A stretch of DNA of 64,000 nt, from the NCBI GenBank assembly GCA_963714695.1, contig CAVQPQ010000008.1, positions 106,831-170,830 of the forward strand, read 5' to 3'. The stretch comes from an uncultured Verrucomicrobiae bacterium. Its GTDB lineage: Bacteria > Verrucomicrobiota > Verrucomicrobiia > Limisphaerales > UBA11358. This document shows positions 39,826-49,862 of the stretch, piece by piece; the stretch's first letter is position 1, and every line of letters starts with the position of its first letter. The notes below the pieces were generated by a model. It was not told where the DNA came from and did no database searches. It saw only the letters and a list, made by a program, of their open reading frames with translations. The translations under genes and the position numbers were made by a program.

Positions 39826-40092
39826 ATGAGAAAAAGCCAATACAGCGAAGAACAGATCATCGGGATACTCCGGGAAGCCGAAGGCGACACGCCGGTCAAG
39901 GCGGTTTGCGCCAAGCACAACATCAGCGACGCGACGTTTTACAAGTGGCGCGCCAAGTATGGCGGCATGGACGTGAACGAGGCGCGGCGCTTGCGAGCGT
40001 TGGCGGATGAGAACGGGCGGTTGAAGCGAGCGGTGGCGGACCTGACCGTGCAGGTGCAGATATTGAAAGAGGTGAACTCAAAAAAGTGGTAA
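39826..40092 (+). CDS. IS3 transposase OrfA
   Basis: YSEEQIIGILRE, ISDATFYKWRAKYGG, ENGRLKR. Confidence 0.93.
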   Translation: MRKSQYSEEQIIGILREAEGDTPVKAVCAKHNISDATFYKWRAKYGGMDVNEARRLRALADENGRLKRAVADLTVQVQILKEVNSKKW

Positions 40093-41000
40093 GCCCGTCG
40101 GCCAAGCGCCGGGCGGTGAAGCTGGTAATCGAAACTGGGATTGGCACGACGGCAGAAGCCTGTCGAGCCCTTGGGTTGGCCCGGTCGAGTTATTACTGCA
40201 ACAGCACTGCGAGTCTGGAAAGTCGTCAGATGCACGGACACATTGTTCAATTGAGCCAGGATCATCCGCGCTATGGTTACCGACGGGTGACAGCCCTGTT
40301 GCGCCGGGAAGGCCAGGAGATCAATGCCAAGCGCGTGCAACGGGTGCGGAGAAAAGAAGGGCTGCAAGTGAGCCGGAAGCAGCGAAAGTTGCGGCGGTTG
40401 GGCCTTTCGACGGCCGAGCGGCAACGGGCGACACAGGCCAACCACGTCTGGAGCTGGGACTTTGTGGAAGACCAGACTGAAAATGGAACGCGTTTCCGCG
40501 TGCTGACCTTGATCGACGAGCATACTCGGGAATGCCTGACAGTGCATGTGGACTGGTCCCTCCGGGCGGTGGATGTCATCACCGTGGTCGAGGCGGCGAT
40601 GGCGCGTTACGGTGTACCGAAGCATCTGCGCAGTGACAACGGGCCGGAGTTCATCGCCTATGCGATCCAGGACTGGCTCAAAAGCAAGAACGTGAAGACG
40701 ATTTACATTACCCCCGGTTCGCCGTGGGAGAACGCTTACATTGAGAGTTTCCATGACAAACTACGGGACGAATGTTTGAACCGGGAAATCTTTGGCAGCC
40801 TGTGGGAGGCGCGGGTTGTCATTGAGCAGTGGCGCCTCTATTATAACGCGGAGCGGCCGCACAGTTCGTTGGGGTATCAAACCCCGGCGGAGTTTGCTGG
40901 CCGCGCCATCAGCCGTTCGGTGCTCCGGTCGGGCTACGCCCTCCCTCCGTCCCGAACGGCTGAAACAAAAATCAAACCGATGGCAGAACTCTACTTATGA
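40086..41000 (+). CDS. IS3 transposase OrfB (DDE)
   Basis: YGYRR, WSWDF, RSDNGPEF, PWENAYIESF, RPHSSLGY. Confidence 0.95.
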   Translation: MVSPSAKRRAVKLVIETGIGTTAEACRALGLARSSYYCNSTASLESRQMHGHIVQLSQDHPRYGYRRVTALLRREGQEINAKRVQRVRRKEGLQVSRKQRKLRRLGLSTAERQRATQANHVWSWDFVEDQTENGTRFRVLTLIDEHTRECLTVHVDWSLRAVDVITVVEAAMARYGVPKHLRSDNGPEFIAYAIQDWLKSKNVKTIYITPGSPWENAYIESFHDKLRDECLNREIFGSLWEARVVIEQWRLYYNAERPHSSLGYQTPAEFAGRAISRSVLRSGYALPPSRTAETKIKPMAELYL

Positions 41001-41165
41001 TCTGTCCAGTCTTTGGGGTCAGGTCATCCGCCAAGACGTTCGACTGCCTCGCGAACGAAATGCAAACCCAGCCCGCGACCAGTTCCTTTTGTTGAAAAAC
41101 CTTGGTTGAATATAGACGATATATTTTCTGGCAAGACACCTCGACCATTATCCTGAACTGAGAGT

Positions 41166-41318
41166 TTAAGTTGTTGCATACTGGTAAGCATCTTCCAATA
41201 TTTTTTGGATCCGTCGGATTTCAAACGTGGAACGACTGGAGTGCTTAACGAGATCAATTACGAGCACTGCTGCCGGGCGGGCACCAGTAAGATCAATAAT
41301 TGTGTGATGCTCATTCAT
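41166..41318 (-). pseudogene. Possible N-terminal fragment of a class III nucleotide cyclase
   Basis: MNEHHTIIDLTGARPAAVLVIDLVKHSSRS resembles the hhhhDhxxxS first motif; 50 aa only. Confidence 0.35.
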
Positions 41319-41561
41319 TCTAAATCCTCTGCATAAAAGTTTTCACGGGGACACTCTACGTAATTTATTTTAGATGGGTTTGTTGAAATAAACCATCAAA
41401 TTTCGCCACGCCCTATTTCGGCTGGCAAAAGTTTTTCGTGTCGAGACAGATCACAAACCCGCAATCAAAAGAACGGTTTGTGCTCTTTTTCCTCCGCCAC
41501 GGCCGTCAACGGGCGCGGCCGGGACAAATCAAGGTTTCCGCTGGCAGAGCGCATTCTTTTA

Positions 41562-42378
41562 CGGAATTATCCCCTTGACATAAGTATGCCATTGGGTGTA
41601 TATTTAGGGCATGAAAACGAAGAAAGAAAAGGCCAGTATAACGATTCAGCAGTTTCTTGACCTGTATCCGACTGACGAAGCGTGTTTGGAACACCTGTTC
41701 GCCGTGCGCTTTGGTCAAGGCCATGTTTGCCCAAAGTGCGGCAAGAAATCCAAGTGGTTTCGTTTCCAAGCCGAGCGCGCTTACGCCTGCCAATGGTGCG
41801 GGCACCATCTGCATCCGACAGCCGGAACCTTGTTTGAAGACAGCCGGACGCCGCTGCGTCTTTGGTTCTACGCTTTTTATCTGTTCACCACTTCCCGGCA
41901 TGGTGTCCCCGCGAAAGAGTTGGAACGGCAACTTGGCGTAACCTACAAGACGGCATGGCGCATGGCCGATCTTATCCGCAAACACATGGCCACTGTGGAC
42001 GATGAATGGCCGCTGTTTGGTGACGTTGAAGTTGACGAGACGTACGTTGGAGGTCGCACTCACGGGACACGCGGGCGCGGAGCGGCGAACAAGACAATCG
42101 TTTTCGGCATGATGCAGCGCAAGGGACAGGTAATGACGAAAGTTGTCCCGAATGTCGCCAAGAAAACTTTGCAGCCGATTATTGAAGAAAATGTTTTGGA
42201 CGGGGCGACGGTTCACACGGATGAACTGAAATCCTACAAGGGACTGAAAAAGAGCGGCTACGATCACCAGACAGTAAACCACGCCGCTGGCGAGTATGTA
42301 AATGGCAAGTCGCACGTCAACGGAATGGAGAACTTTTGGAAGCACCTTAAAGGCAGCATCCGCTCGACTCACATTTAG
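41562..42378 (+). mobile_element. IS1595-family transposase (CDS 41611-42378), 3'-truncated, right end missing
   Basis: Zn ribbon CPKC..CQWC, VEVDETYVGG, VHTDE, HVNGMENFW; ends abruptly at RSTHI*; TTGACA-N18-TATATT upstream. Confidence 0.88.
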
Positions 42379-44204
42379 TTGCTGCATAAGGAAGCGTCGT
42401 GCCCGGGACAGCCGCTGTTTTCAACAGAGCCACCATTCGGGCAGGCTCAAAGGGGTCATATCCTCTGATATCATTTAAACCCTGCATCATGGCCAGCGAT
42501 GCGGGCAGACAATTGACACCAATCGCGCGACCGGGAACAGATTGGGCAAATCCATCCAGGGCCGGAATTTTCGGATAATAAAGGCCCGGATCACATTGTG
42601 GGTTGCGGCCATAATCAAACCAGAGCAAGTCTCCCATCAGAAAAATCATTGGTACGGGCAACCAACGAAATCGTTCGGTCTTTTGAACCCATAAAAATAA
42701 CCATCCCAAAAACCCCAGGCCACTAAGCACCGCCATGATGATGTAATGGCGGGTAAACCATGCTTGAACCTGTTCCACATCCGTGGTGATTTGAATGACA
42801 AACGGCCTGTCTTGGTAAAAGGCATCGAATTTGGCCTGAGTCGTGATCGGTTCTGGCAGCACGATGGAACGAAAGACGCACCAACCGCAAAGTGCGACCA
42901 GCAAGACCGCCGGCAACCAGAACCACCATCGTCGTTGGATCGGACCGTGTAAAAGAGTTTCCAGTCCGGTGGCGGTCAGGGCGAGAATCGCGAAGGAGGT
43001 CAGAAACACGAGGCGATTATGAGACATCATGTTCAATCCAGGCAGCCGCAACACATCAACAATAACCGGGACATCCAGAGACCAGCCCAGACCAAAGAAC
43101 GCGAGAAAGAACCAAAATGCATTGATGGCACGATGACACCGGCTGCACCAAGCCAGTGGGGCGACCAGCAAGGTGGCGAAAACACCGGCGTAGGCGGCGG
43201 TGGTGCTTTCGAGGAGATTCCTTTCATCCCAGGAATGAAGAAAGGTGCTGCCTTTTTCAGTCGTTCCGTAGATGTCAGGCAATACCACTTGCGGCAACGC
43301 AGCCAATCCAACCGGGGGGACGTTCCTCTGCGCCTTCACTGCGATGCATCATCCGGGAACCTGATTGTGCATATTCCAGCAATGGCAACAGGTGCGGAGC
43401 GGCCAGCAAAAACCCAAGCCCCCAGCCAAGAATCAGCGTCATGCCTGCCACCCAGAATTTCCGGACAAACCTTCCGCCGGAATGTGCATCCCACAAACAC
43501 CAGATGGCGTAAAGTCCAGCGCCCAAAAGCACTTGTCCGGCCACATCAAGATGCCCGCTGGTCAGCACCAAAAACGTCACGACACTTAAACTGATGGTTG
43601 CCCATGAACCTGCGCCACGTATCGTTTTGTCCACCAGCAAGAACATCCATGGCAGCCAATAGACCGCCAAGCTCGTGGGAAACCCCTGCCAAAGAACAAA
43701 GAAGGCCGTCAACGGATAACACCAGGCGCAAACCGCCGCCGGCCAAAAAGTAACCCGCAGTGATTTCCGGCAAAAGAAATACATTCCAGTGCCTGTGACC
43801 AGCGCGGCGAAGAGTTGCGTCCACGCAAGGATCCCCGGTGACCGGGTGCAACATTCCAGAAGCAAAAACAACGAATATTTCGGCCATACGAAAGGCACGC
43901 CTCCATATTGATAAGGAGCCCATAAAGGAACCCGGCCTTCATGAATTTCTGAAATCGCGAATCGCCGCGCCGGTTCAAATTGGGTGACCGGGTCGCCTAA
44001 TATTTTATCGTGCGGCACAATTTTCTCTGTTTCCGGAGATGGCGGAATATAAAAACCCGGCTGGGTAAGAATATCCAAGGGCAGCAGGACTTTTTCTCCA
44101 ATCAATGAAGGGCCATATAAAATTGCCTGCCCCAAAACAATGCCAGCCCCGACCACGAGCAACCTCAAAAATTGTCTTCTCACGATTTGCATGTGTTCGC
44201 TCAA
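42379..44204 (-). pseudogene. YfhO-like GT-C membrane protein, frameshift near 43315 and 3'-truncated at IS1595
   Basis: DPVTQFEP, PLWAPYQYGGVP, SGHLDVA, LAAPHLLP, DIRGYDP. Confidence 0.75.
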
Positions 44205-44240
44205 GCCGGATGTTTATTTATGTTAGGACGAGCGGAAACG

Positions 44241-46835
44241 CTAGGGTACGGCGGAAACAGGCTTTCCGACCGTCTCATGATACGGTTGGTGGGCGCGATA
44301 CAAAGCCAGCAGCTTCCGGTTCTGCTCAAGCAAAGCCGGTTCGCCCGCCGCCGTGGCCAGCGCGCAAGCTTGCTGCGCCGCCACTATCGCATCGTCATAT
44401 CGTCCCGCCTCGGCATAGGCGGCCGCCAACGTGCCGATGAAAGGCGTCACGCCATAGTGTGTCAGTTTACAGGCCTGTTCGGCATATTTGACGGCTTGAA
44501 CCCCGTCCCGAAGGGGTGCGTCCGAACACGTCGCCAGCAGCCAGGCCAGATTGTTCAGGACCCCCGGGGCGTCGGGCTTGATTTGCAGCGCCTGTTGAAA
44601 CTGGGCAATCGCTGCGTCCACGCGGCCCTTTTGAAGCAGGGCATTCCCCAAGTTGTAGTGGGCTTTGGCGTTACCGGATTTGATTTGCAGCGCCTGTTGG
44701 TACTGGGTGATCGCTTCGTCCACATCACCCTTTTTGAGCAGCGCGTTGCCAAGATTATAGTGGGCTTCCGCGTAGTCGGGTTTGATTTGCAGCACCTTTT
44801 GGTATTGGGTGATCGCTTCGTCCATTCTGCCATTTTGGAGCAGCACGTAGCCGAGGTTATAGCAGGCTCCCGCGTAGTCGGGTTTGATTTGCAGCGCCTG
44901 TTGGTATTGGATGATCGCTTCGTCCACCCGGCCATTTTGGACCAATGCGCCGCCCAAGTTGTTGTGGGCTTCCGCGTAGTCGGGTTTGATTTGCAGCGCC
45001 TGTTGGTATTGGATGATCGCTTCGTCCACCCGGCCCTTTTTGAGCAGCGCGTTGCCGAGATTGTACCAAGCTTCCGCATAGTCGGGCTTGATTTGCAGCG
45101 CCTGTTGGTACTGGGTAATCGCTTCGTCCACCCTGCCCTTTTTGAGCAGCGCGTTGCCGAGGTTGTTGTAGGCCGCAGCATAATCCGGTTTGATTTGCAG
45201 CGCCTGTTGGCCATGAGTGATCGCTTCATCCACCTTGCCCTGTTGAAGCAGTGCGTCGCACAGGTTGTTGTGGGCCGCCGCGTAGTCAGGTTTGATTTGC
45301 AGCGCCATTTGGTACTGGGCGACCGCTTCATCCAATCTTTCCTTTTGGGGAAAAGCGTTGCCGAGTTCATCATGGGCGATATAATTGTCTGAGGTACAGG
45401 CGAGCGTGTGAGTCCAGAGTGTTTCACTGTTCCGCCAATAGGGCGTCTGCGCCCGCGCGCAAAACATCAAGGCCGCCAGTATGCCTGTGGCCAGGCCGCC
45501 CAGCACCACGCGGCGGTAACGCCTGCCGGCGCACCCCTCCGCCGCCGCCCAGGTCAGCCACACATACAACCCAATCTGCGGCAAATACGTGTAGCGATCC
45601 GCACGCGCCTGAGCCCCCACCTGAACAATCCCAATCACCGGCACCAGCATAATGAGATACCACAGCCACCCGGTCAAAAAATACGGGCGGCGACGACACA
45701 GGATAAAAACACCCGCGGAAATGCCGGCCAACAGTACCAGTGACAGCACCACTGCCAAAAACCCAATGTTCCTGGCCGTAAACGGGTATAATACCGCCAG
45801 ACCCGTCGGCCAGAACATCTGGCCCAAATAGGCCACATAGGAAATCACGGCATTACCCAGACGCACGGGCAGGGAAAACCTCTCGAATGACTGGAGTGCT
45901 TCGTGTTGGGCAACAATCGTGACCACACACGATACGACGGCCAGTCCGAACAAGGGCAGCTTTTCATAGAGTAAATTGTTGAGAGTTGAGAGTTGAGGAA
46001 CAGGAATTCGGAATCTTGTCACCTGCCACTCGCCACTCGTCATTCGTCCCAATGGCCAATAGTCCAGCAATAGCAGCACGAACGGCACCGTCACCAGCAT
46101 CGGCTTGCACAGCAAACCCAACGCAAAAAACACCAAAACCAGATAGTAGCTGAGGGTCGAGGGTCGAGGGTCGAGAGCCAAACTGCTGGTTCCGGCACTC
46201 GACCCTCGACGCTCGACGCTCGACCGTCCTTGCCCGTAGCGCGTGTACGCCCACAGCGTCAGCATGAAAAACAGCCCGCTGAGCACATCCTTGCGTTCCG
46301 CCACCCACGCTACCGATTCCACCCGCAACGGATGTATCGCAAACACCCCCGCCACAAACGCACTGCGCCACAAAAACCCCGTCATCCGCCGCAGCACCAG
46401 AAACAGGAGGATCACCGAGGCGGTGTGCAACAGGACGTTCGTCAAGTGATGCCCGCCGGCATTCAACCCATACAACTGGCAGTCCAGCATGTGGGTCAGC
46501 ATCGTCAGCGGATGCCAGTTGGCACACACGCGATGAGTAAAGGCCCACTCGACTCCTTTCAGATTCAGCCCGCGGGTCACCGCGGGATTATCGTACACAT
46601 ACAGGTTGTCGTCAAAATTGACAAACTCATGACGCAGCGTCTGCCCGAAAACGGCAAACGTGATCGCCGCCAGAACTAGACAGACCCCGGGAACCCGCCA
46701 GCGGTCATTCAAACCCGCCGCAGGTCTTTCGGGCTTCAGACCGTGGGAGTCTGCCGCTGCCGGCCTTTCCCCGGCAGGCGATGGAAACGGGCTCGATGCC
46801 GCTACTGCGGCTGGTTGCTTGGATTCTCCGCTCAT
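44241..46835 (-). CDS. Third TMTC-like GT-C/TPR protein
   Basis: FVNFDDNLYV, NWHPLT, HPLRVESVAWVAERKDVLS, ADRYTYLPQIG, 8 TPRs. Confidence 0.9.
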   Translation of the reverse strand: MSGESKQPAAVAASSPFPSPAGERPAAADSHGLKPERPAAGLNDRWRVPGVCLVLAAITFAVFGQTLRHEFVNFDDNLYVYDNPAVTRGLNLKGVEWAFTHRVCANWHPLTMLTHMLDCQLYGLNAGGHHLTNVLLHTASVILLFLVLRRMTGFLWRSAFVAGVFAIHPLRVESVAWVAERKDVLSGLFFMLTLWAYTRYGQGRSSVERRGSSAGTSSLALDPRPSTLSYYLVLVFFALGLLCKPMLVTVPFVLLLLDYWPLGRMTSGEWQVTRFRIPVPQLSTLNNLLYEKLPLFGLAVVSCVVTIVAQHEALQSFERFSLPVRLGNAVISYVAYLGQMFWPTGLAVLYPFTARNIGFLAVVLSLVLLAGISAGVFILCRRRPYFLTGWLWYLIMLVPVIGIVQVGAQARADRYTYLPQIGLYVWLTWAAAEGCAGRRYRRVVLGGLATGILAALMFCARAQTPYWRNSETLWTHTLACTSDNYIAHDELGNAFPQKERLDEAVAQYQMALQIKPDYAAAHNNLCDALLQQGKVDEAITHGQQALQIKPDYAAAYNNLGNALLKKGRVDEAITQYQQALQIKPDYAEAWYNLGNALLKKGRVDEAIIQYQQALQIKPDYAEAHNNLGGALVQNGRVDEAIIQYQQALQIKPDYAGACYNLGYVLLQNGRMDEAITQYQKVLQIKPDYAEAHYNLGNALLKKGDVDEAITQYQQALQIKSGNAKAHYNLGNALLQKGRVDAAIAQFQQALQIKPDAPGVLNNLAWLLATCSDAPLRDGVQAVKYAEQACKLTHYGVTPFIGTLAAAYAEAGRYDDAIVAAQQACALATAAGEPALLEQNRKLLALYRAHQPYHETVGKPVSAVP
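44560..45330 (-). repeat. Near-identical 102-bp tandem TPR-coding repeats
   Basis: Unit NLGNALLKKGRVDEAITQYQQALQIKPDYAEA repeated about 8 times with high DNA identity. Confidence 0.9.
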
Positions 46836-47208
46836 GAAAAGAACCAAGGAAGTCCCGCACCCTGGCCGTTCTTTCCAGCGGATATGAAATCATGTAAACA
46901 ATTGGTCATCAGGACCACGGCTGTGCTTTCAACCTGGTGCCGGCCATTTTATCGCCACCAAACTGCTTGCAAAGCCAAAATGTTCAATGGTTAATCTAAC
47001 GCTTTATCTTTCGGAACTGCGTTGCTTGGTATTAATCTTGCAAATGGATTACGGATTACTTTGGCCAACTATAAAGCAATTCGCAAATTGCAAAGCCAAG
47101 CAACATGCTGAAGAATTTGTGAAAACGAATCAATTCGTTTTGCCGCCAAACAGCATAGCCAAGGATTTGTAATTTGACATTTGGCAATCGAAATTAGAAA
47201 CTTTGATT

Positions 47209-47313
47209 ATGCCTGCCTACGAATACGAGTTAGGTGATGGCGAGCGCAAGGTCCATGGCGGGAAGTTCACCCTGCGCCGTTCGTCGGGCGTTTTATCATC
47301 GGTGCCGTCATGA
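47209..47313 (+). pseudogene. Degenerate 5' copy of the FmdB-like gene, coupled to the next ORF
   Basis: MPAYEYELGDGERKVHGGKFTLRRS vs MPLYEYELCEGNCKVCGGKFTLRRP at 48427; its TGA overlaps ATG 47310. Confidence 0.8.
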
Positions 47314-48329
47314 TTACCCATCTTGCCGTATTGGCGTTCATCGGTCTAACCTTCTGGTGGTTGAGCGGGTATGACGCAAAAGTGACGGGCGGGAATAAAA
47401 GGCAGGGCCTCATCCGCCGAGCCCTGCGCTGCGGCATGACCTTGCTTCTAGTGGGAATGTTATTGGGGTTGCCCGGGGCGCTACAGGTCATGCCAATATT
47501 GCTCTTGATTGGTGGAGGGCTGGTCTTGATATGGTGCAGTTGTGTGGCTGAATTGTTCGCGCGTTGGTTTCATCATCTGGTTGATCCTGCGGATGAGCAG
47601 GAGATTGATCCCAAACAAGGGTTGCGCGATCTGGACATGATTGCCAGCCTGATTAAAAACGGCCGGCGGGAGGAGGCTGTTCAATTGAGCCAGAGGCTCA
47701 GAGAATCCGGAGAAATCAGCGTGCTGGTCCTGGAAACCAGGTTGGAACATCTTGGCCTCAAACAAGAAAGCGTTCAAAAGCCCAAGCCGCTGACCGAAGC
47801 TTATCATCGGCGCATGGAGGGGCGGTTCCAGGAAGCCGAATCCATCCTAAAATCGTTGCTGGCCAAAGACCCGCGCAATGTGGATGCGGCCATGATGCTG
47901 ATGCGGATTTACACACAGGATTTGCGCCACCCGCACAAAGCCCGGGAAATCCTTCGGGCGCTTGAAAAACAAACGCACATTTCACCTGCCCACGTGGAAT
48001 TTGCCCGCCGTTCCATTGCGGAATGGAGCCAGGGGAAACCCAAGCCGGAAAAGGTTGTCGCTCCGCCGGAATCCATTGATGAACTTCTGACCCAGGGCTA
48101 TTTCGGCACCGCCATTGAAGTTCTGGAACAAAAAATCGAGGAACAGCCCCGGGATTTGGATTTAAGGCTCAAACTGGCCGAGGTTTACGGCCGGCATTGT
48201 GGTGATGTTGACCGGGCCGGGAAAATTGTGCGGCAGATTGAAACCAGTCCCGGCTTTACCCCGGAACAGATACAAAACGCCCGAACCAAACTCGAAGAAT
48301 GGCGGAAAACCGGACCCCATGGTCAGTAA
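47310..48329 (+). CDS. Membrane-anchored TPR protein
   Basis: Three N-terminal TMs followed by TPR-like helical repeats. Confidence 0.8.
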   Translation: MITHLAVLAFIGLTFWWLSGYDAKVTGGNKRQGLIRRALRCGMTLLLVGMLLGLPGALQVMPILLLIGGGLVLIWCSCVAELFARWFHHLVDPADEQEIDPKQGLRDLDMIASLIKNGRREEAVQLSQRLRESGEISVLVLETRLEHLGLKQESVQKPKPLTEAYHRRMEGRFQEAESILKSLLAKDPRNVDAAMMLMRIYTQDLRHPHKAREILRALEKQTHISPAHVEFARRSIAEWSQGKPKPEKVVAPPESIDELLTQGYFGTAIEVLEQKIEEQPRDLDLRLKLAEVYGRHCGDVDRAGKIVRQIETSPGFTPEQIQNARTKLEEWRKTGPHGQ

Positions 48330-48426
48330 AGCTGGGCCCGGATTGGATAATTTGTTTGATAATTTGTTTGATTGACGAAGCGGGTTTTCGATTCGACATT
48401 TTGCATTTGGAATTCGACATTTAACC

Positions 48427-48672
48427 ATGCCCCTTTACGAATACGAGCTGTGCGAAGGCAACTGCAAGGTTTGCGGTGGGAAATTCACCCTGCGCCGTCC
48501 GCTGTCGGCCAAGCCGCTGACACATTGTCCGGCGTGCAAAAAGCCGGTGCGCAAAATCATTTCATCCTTCAATTCGCCGCACAAGCTCAAGCCGCTCTCC
48601 ATCTCAGACGCCAAGAAGGCCGGGTTCACCGTGCTCAAAAAAGTCAGCAAGGGCGAATACGAGAGGCAGTAA
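48427..48672 (+). CDS. FmdB-family zinc-ribbon protein
   Basis: MPLYEY..CKVC...CPAC..VRKIIS. Confidence 0.88.
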   Translation: MPLYEYELCEGNCKVCGGKFTLRRPLSAKPLTHCPACKKPVRKIISSFNSPHKLKPLSISDAKKAGFTVLKKVSKGEYERQ

Positions 48673-48808
48673 ATTGGTTGAGGGTTGAGGGTTTGAATCA
48701 CTGTCGGGCGGTTTTGCAGGCGGAATGGCCATTCAATTCAAAAAGATTCGTTGATTTTGAATTCATTTTTGACGCAGGGTGTCAAATGGAATAGCCTGAA
48801 AATTCGCG

Positions 48809-49840
48809 ATGGATTCCCGCTCTGCACAATATAAACGCCCGCCGGTCTTGGCCGCCGTGGTGTTCGGGGCGGTGTTTTCCGCCCAAGTGCAATACGCCCC
48901 GCTCCAAGCGGGACAAGCCATTTGGTTTTCCACACCAAGAAGCGACACTGTTAGTTCCAACGTGCCGACGCTTTCGCCCAAACCGCTGGCATCACTGGAT
49001 TTCAAAAATGGTTCGCAAATTCCGTTACCGTTCGATTTGAACGGCCCGCCCGTTGTTGCGCCGCCGCCGCCGGTCGGACCGATAATTTCGCCCGCCGAAC
49101 AGGTGCAATTGCAGGACTTGTCGGATCGGCGCAATAATTGGGTATTGCTGACGCCGGCAGAAATCCTCGGCGTAACCACGCCGGAAAAGATTCTGGGAAT
49201 CCATGAATACAACTCGTCCGGCCAGCCGAAAAATCTATCGGCGCTGGAGCGCTACACCGAAAGACAGAATCAGATGCAGTTGGCCAATACCAATGCCTTT
49301 CAGAGTGCTGATTCGTCTTCGCCCTGGGATTTTTCCCGGAACCGCCGCAACCAATCCGATGTATTCAATTCCATCAATGATGGATTGGCAAACCCGGCGC
49401 CCAAGACGAACCCGCTGCTCGATTCCGGGCCGGACGACCAAACCCTGGCCGGGCAAAGCCAAAACGGTGGCTGGTCAAAATTGTTCGATTCACCAACGCC
49501 GTTGCCGGCCCCAAACAAGGCTCAGCAGACGAGCCTGGAGAGGTTCAGACAATTGCTCGGGTCAAGCCCGTCAACTGCTCCGGCAGCCACCCCCTCATCA
49601 AATGATAAAATATTTTCTCTCCTGGGGATGTCGCCGGATGTCAAACCGGGCCAGCCTTCGCAAAATCCGATGGGCGCGTCGTTCTCTTCGTTGAACAGCG
49701 GCATTGGCAGACCCGCCGATCTGCCGACGCTGCCGGGCACCTCGGGACTTAGTTACACATCATCCCGACCAGCCACAGCCTGGGGGCCGCCGATTTCGAC
49801 GGACCCGCAGTCATTCAGTGTTCCGCAACGGAAATTCTGA
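48809..49840 (+). CDS. Secreted Pro/Ser-rich hypothetical protein
   Basis: Signal-like N-terminus, NNWVLLTPAEILGV motif, mostly low complexity. Confidence 0.7.
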   Translation: MDSRSAQYKRPPVLAAVVFGAVFSAQVQYAPLQAGQAIWFSTPRSDTVSSNVPTLSPKPLASLDFKNGSQIPLPFDLNGPPVVAPPPPVGPIISPAEQVQLQDLSDRRNNWVLLTPAEILGVTTPEKILGIHEYNSSGQPKNLSALERYTERQNQMQLANTNAFQSADSSSPWDFSRNRRNQSDVFNSINDGLANPAPKTNPLLDSGPDDQTLAGQSQNGGWSKLFDSPTPLPAPNKAQQTSLERFRQLLGSSPSTAPAATPSSNDKIFSLLGMSPDVKPGQPSQNPMGASFSSLNSGIGRPADLPTLPGTSGLSYTSSRPATAWGPPISTDPQSFSVPQRKF

Positions 49841-49862
49841 CCCCGACACCCCGGTGCCGGGG

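Larger units (their letters stand above)
39757..41026 (+). mobile_element. Intact IS3-family element (IS407-like)
   Basis: Inverted repeats TGACCTGACCCC...CTGGAC / GTCCAG...GGGGTCAGGTCA; 4-bp target duplication TCCG; AAAAAAG frameshift site at 40080-40086. Confidence 0.95.
39684..41170 (-). pseudogene. Histidine kinase HATPase_c fragment interrupted by IS3
   Basis: VQDNGRG..IFNQGFSTKGTGRGLGL..VERLGG | IS | KVSYQTIGGACFTVVVP; the halves rejoin across the target duplication. Confidence 0.8.

Noticed and set aside
28380-43320. Single-base frameshifts in rhaA, rhaT and the YfhO-like gene as programmed recoding
   Set aside because: They are 1-nt indels in short C/G runs without slippery motifs; sequencing error or decay is more likely.
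44560-45330. Regular 102-bp repeats as a possible CRISPR array
   Set aside because: They are in-frame TPR coding units with no unique spacers, and there are no cas genes.
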